Shown piece by piece: positions 17,564 to 20,000 of a DNA stretch of 20,000 nt. The notes below the pieces were generated by a model. It ran no database searches. It saw only the letters and a program-made list of their open reading frames with translations, and was not told the origin of the DNA. Position 1 is the first letter of the stretch. Each line of letters starts with the position of its first letter. The position numbers were made by a program, and so were the translations under genes. The stretch lies in sequence record DRR378314_1883. One strand, 5' to 3'.

Positions 17564-19720
17564 TTAATTGATTCCTGAAAGAGTTGGCACTACAGGTTTA
17601 ATACTACCATCAGGGTTAAACTCTAATTTATCAATACAAACCTCTCTATTAAAACCTGCCGAATCGCCCATATCAATACCATTTGGACGATTAAAACGAT
17701 GATATACTATATGCCAAACATCACTATTGGGAGTTTGGATCACACTGTTATGACCTGTTCCGTAAATACCATTCTCAGCGTCTTTTACTAAAATCAAGTT
17801 GTCCTTCGGTATTTCCAGAGGCCCTGTTGGACTCTTCGATGTTGCATATCTTACACGATAATCAGGACTTCTTGTATCATCTTCGGACCATAAAAAGTAA
17901 TAAATTCCATTTCTATAAAACACTTCCGTTCCTTCTCTAAATGTTTTATCGGGAGTCAATATTTTCAATGTATTTTCCTTGATGGAAACCATATCATCAT
18001 TCAATTCAACACAGGCCATATAGCTATTGCCCCAATACAAATAATTTTTGTCCGATACCGGATCTATAAATATATCCGGGTCTATTTCCTGTCCTCCATT
18101 TGCTCCTTCTGGTTTTGATGCTATTAAAGGTTTTCCTAAATCCACAAAATGCCCTGTTGGGCTGTCTGAAACTGCTACCCCTATTTTTTGTGCTGCTGTG
18201 TAATAATAAAAGAACTTATATTCCCCTTTTATTTTCCTTTCAATAGCTGTTGGTGCCCAAGCATTCCTATCCGCCCAACTAACATCTTTTTTAAGGTCCA
18301 GAACTACACCTTCATCCTTCCAGTGGATCAAATCGTCTGAAGAAAATGTTTTGAAATAAGTGCCTGACCAATTTTTAAATCCATCACTTGTTGGGTATAT
18401 ATAATATTTTTGTGTTTTCTGAGAGTAGATTATTTCGGGGTCCGCATAAAAACCATTCAATACCGGATTATTATCTTCCTTTACAATTGCTTTATAGGTT
18501 TTTTGTTTGCTTCCGGATTCAATGGTATAATTAACCGCACCATTGGAAAAATCCTTGACACCGTTAGTAGAAATATTTACCCATGAAACTGTCTTGATTT
18601 CGGGATCAAATTTATTGATGTCCGTTCCCAAGTTAACGGGAATATAAATAGTATTGTCATCATCATTGACAACCACATTGTTCTTTTTAACATGAGTAGA
18701 GTTAAAGCCTAAGAACGATCCCTTACCTAAGAAACCCCATTTTTCAATCAACGCTTGGGTTTCATTTTCCGTGATGCGGATCACCGTACCATGTCTTGGG
18801 TGAAAATTCATGGTAATATCATTGTCCACAATCGAAAAATTCTGAAGATCCTTAGTTTTTGTAAATTGATATTTTCCTGAAGTATACATATCATACATTA
18901 AAATATACTCATCAGAATCTATTAATTTAAAAATACCAGAGCCCTCAACGGGCGCATCTGTTTGATCGAAAAAACCCTCCTGTTGAACATATCCTTCGGT
19001 AAGTTTATTGGACACCGCTTTTCTAATACCACCTCCAGAGCTTTCGTTCTTAAAAAACAAGTTATACATACCATCCTTGTATATGATATCACCATCAATA
19101 CAAGCACTATTGGAAGGACTATGGAACAATTGTTTTGGCACAGAGGACAAACCGGTAAAATCCTTATTGGCGTAAGCATAGTATATGATATCCGGTCCTT
19201 CATCTCCTAGCATTGACCAATAAATCATGTATTGATCTGTCTCCGTATCATAAATGGTCTGTGGAGCCCAAACACGTTTGATGTCACTAAATTCCTTTGG
19301 ATAAGTTTGTGGGATATTCACAATACTTGACGACCAATTGATGAGATCGGTCGATTTCATTAAAATCATGGCATAGTTGTTCCAACCTTGTTTAGGCACA
19401 TACAAATCCGTTACCACCATGTAAAATGTCTTACCATCTGCTCCACGTAGAATATGCGGATCTCTTACACCTCCTGATGAACTAATCTTTTTGGAATCTA
19501 TTATAGGTTGATTATTATTAAGAGCTTCATAGTTAAATCCATCTTTACTTATGGCATAGTGGATTGCTTCTTCTCCAGGTCCGTTTCCGGTAAAATAAGC
19601 AAATAGATAATTGGTGAATTTATCCTCCTCCTGCTCAATGGAAGCCGATTTGCAAGAAAGTAAGGTTGTAACTATAATAACAACCGCTAAAAGCCCATAT
19701 TTTAATTTTAGGTATTTCAT
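17564..19720 (-). CDS. Lipoprotein with two tandem GH43-like beta-propeller domains (probable arabinofuranosidase/arabinosidase)
   Basis: Lipobox LLS-C. Domain 1: RDPHI, WAPQ, IDGDI, EGS, RHG. Domain 2: YADPEI, WAP, IDPDIF, FREG, GHNS, YH, NRE. A linker or Ig-like segment lies between them. Confidence 0.9.
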   Translation of the reverse strand: MKYLKLKYGLLAVVIIVTTLLSCKSASIEQEEDKFTNYLFAYFTGNGPGEEAIHYAISKDGFNYEALNNNQPIIDSKKISSSGGVRDPHILRGADGKTFYMVVTDLYVPKQGWNNYAMILMKSTDLINWSSSIVNIPQTYPKEFSDIKRVWAPQTIYDTETDQYMIYWSMLGDEGPDIIYYAYANKDFTGLSSVPKQLFHSPSNSACIDGDIIYKDGMYNLFFKNESSGGGIRKAVSNKLTEGYVQQEGFFDQTDAPVEGSGIFKLIDSDEYILMYDMYTSGKYQFTKTKDLQNFSIVDNDITMNFHPRHGTVIRITENETQALIEKWGFLGKGSFLGFNSTHVKKNNVVVNDDDNTIYIPVNLGTDINKFDPEIKTVSWVNISTNGVKDFSNGAVNYTIESGSKQKTYKAIVKEDNNPVLNGFYADPEIIYSQKTQKYYIYPTSDGFKNWSGTYFKTFSSDDLIHWKDEGVVLDLKKDVSWADRNAWAPTAIERKIKGEYKFFYYYTAAQKIGVAVSDSPTGHFVDLGKPLIASKPEGANGGQEIDPDIFIDPVSDKNYLYWGNSYMACVELNDDMVSIKENTLKILTPDKTFREGTEVFYRNGIYYFLWSEDDTRSPDYRVRYATSKSPTGPLEIPKDNLILVKDAENGIYGTGHNSVIQTPNSDVWHIVYHRFNRPNGIDMGDSAGFNREVCIDKLEFNPDGSIKPVVPTLSGIN

Positions 19721-19824
19721 TTACAATTGAATTTATTACTGTTATTCCGTTTTAGAATAGCTTTAATACTGTGCAATGACTCCCGCTATACAATAAATAT
19801 AAAGGGAGAAAAGAATACAATTAA

Positions 19825-19845
19825 CAAATGTTAATTTAACACTTG
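19825..19845. promoter_or_regulatory. Putative AraR operator 3 (upstream of GH43)
   Basis: CAAATGTTAATTTAACACTTG has the same core as operators 1 and 2 and lies over the predicted transcription start. Confidence 0.8.
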
Positions 19846-19846
19846 T

Positions 19847-19854
19847 CAAATATA
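19847..19854 (-). promoter_or_regulatory. -7 promoter element (TATATTTG) of the GH43 gene
   Basis: Exact TAnnTTTG on the minus strand, immediately upstream of operator 3. Confidence 0.7.
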
Positions 19855-20000
19855 GAGCTATTTTTATTAATTATTTATAAACTTTTGATTAATAATAATT
19901 CAATAAAAAAAACAGCTATTGAACATTAATGTATTTATGCAAGATTTAGGGCACAGTTCAGAGGCGTTAGTTATTTGCATAAATATCCAAATACCCAGAA

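Noticed and set aside
18922-19210. ORFs 18922..19203 (-) and 18962..19210 (+)
   Set aside because: Alternate-frame and antisense overlaps of GH43.
1-20000. CRISPR arrays, tRNA/rRNA, prophage, integrase or defence genes
   Set aside because: I saw no regularly spaced repeats, RNA-gene signatures or relevant protein motifs.

Overview
AT-rich Bacteroidota DNA, most consistent with a marine Flavobacteriaceae genome (TAnnTTTG -7 promoter boxes, AT-rich leaders, gene content). Four blocks. (1) 1-2995 (+): tail of a folE / atypical SDR / glutathione peroxidase operon with several small conserved proteins, including a 56-aa gene the ORF track missed. (2) 3491-5752 (+): stand-alone CBM9-like/DUF5916 outer-membrane protein. 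(3) 5774-7543 (-): a TPP riboswitch controlling a PnuC/PnuT-type transporter plus an acyl-CoA-dehydrogenase-fold flavin monooxygenase-like gene. This is the best candidate for an undescribed system (thiamine-related salvage or conversion), and its translational switch can be read from the sequence. An EamA transporter follows. (4) 9015-19854: an L-arabinose regulon (araB-araD-araA-galM-SSS transporter, divergent Nudix/NrtR-type AraR, a two-domain GH43 lipoprotein) with three matching 21-bp operators, a duplicated promoter-operator module, and a decayed GH27 (beta-L-arabinopyranosidase-like) pseudogene hidden in an apparent intergenic region. All family calls come from motif recognition by eye; no database search was run.
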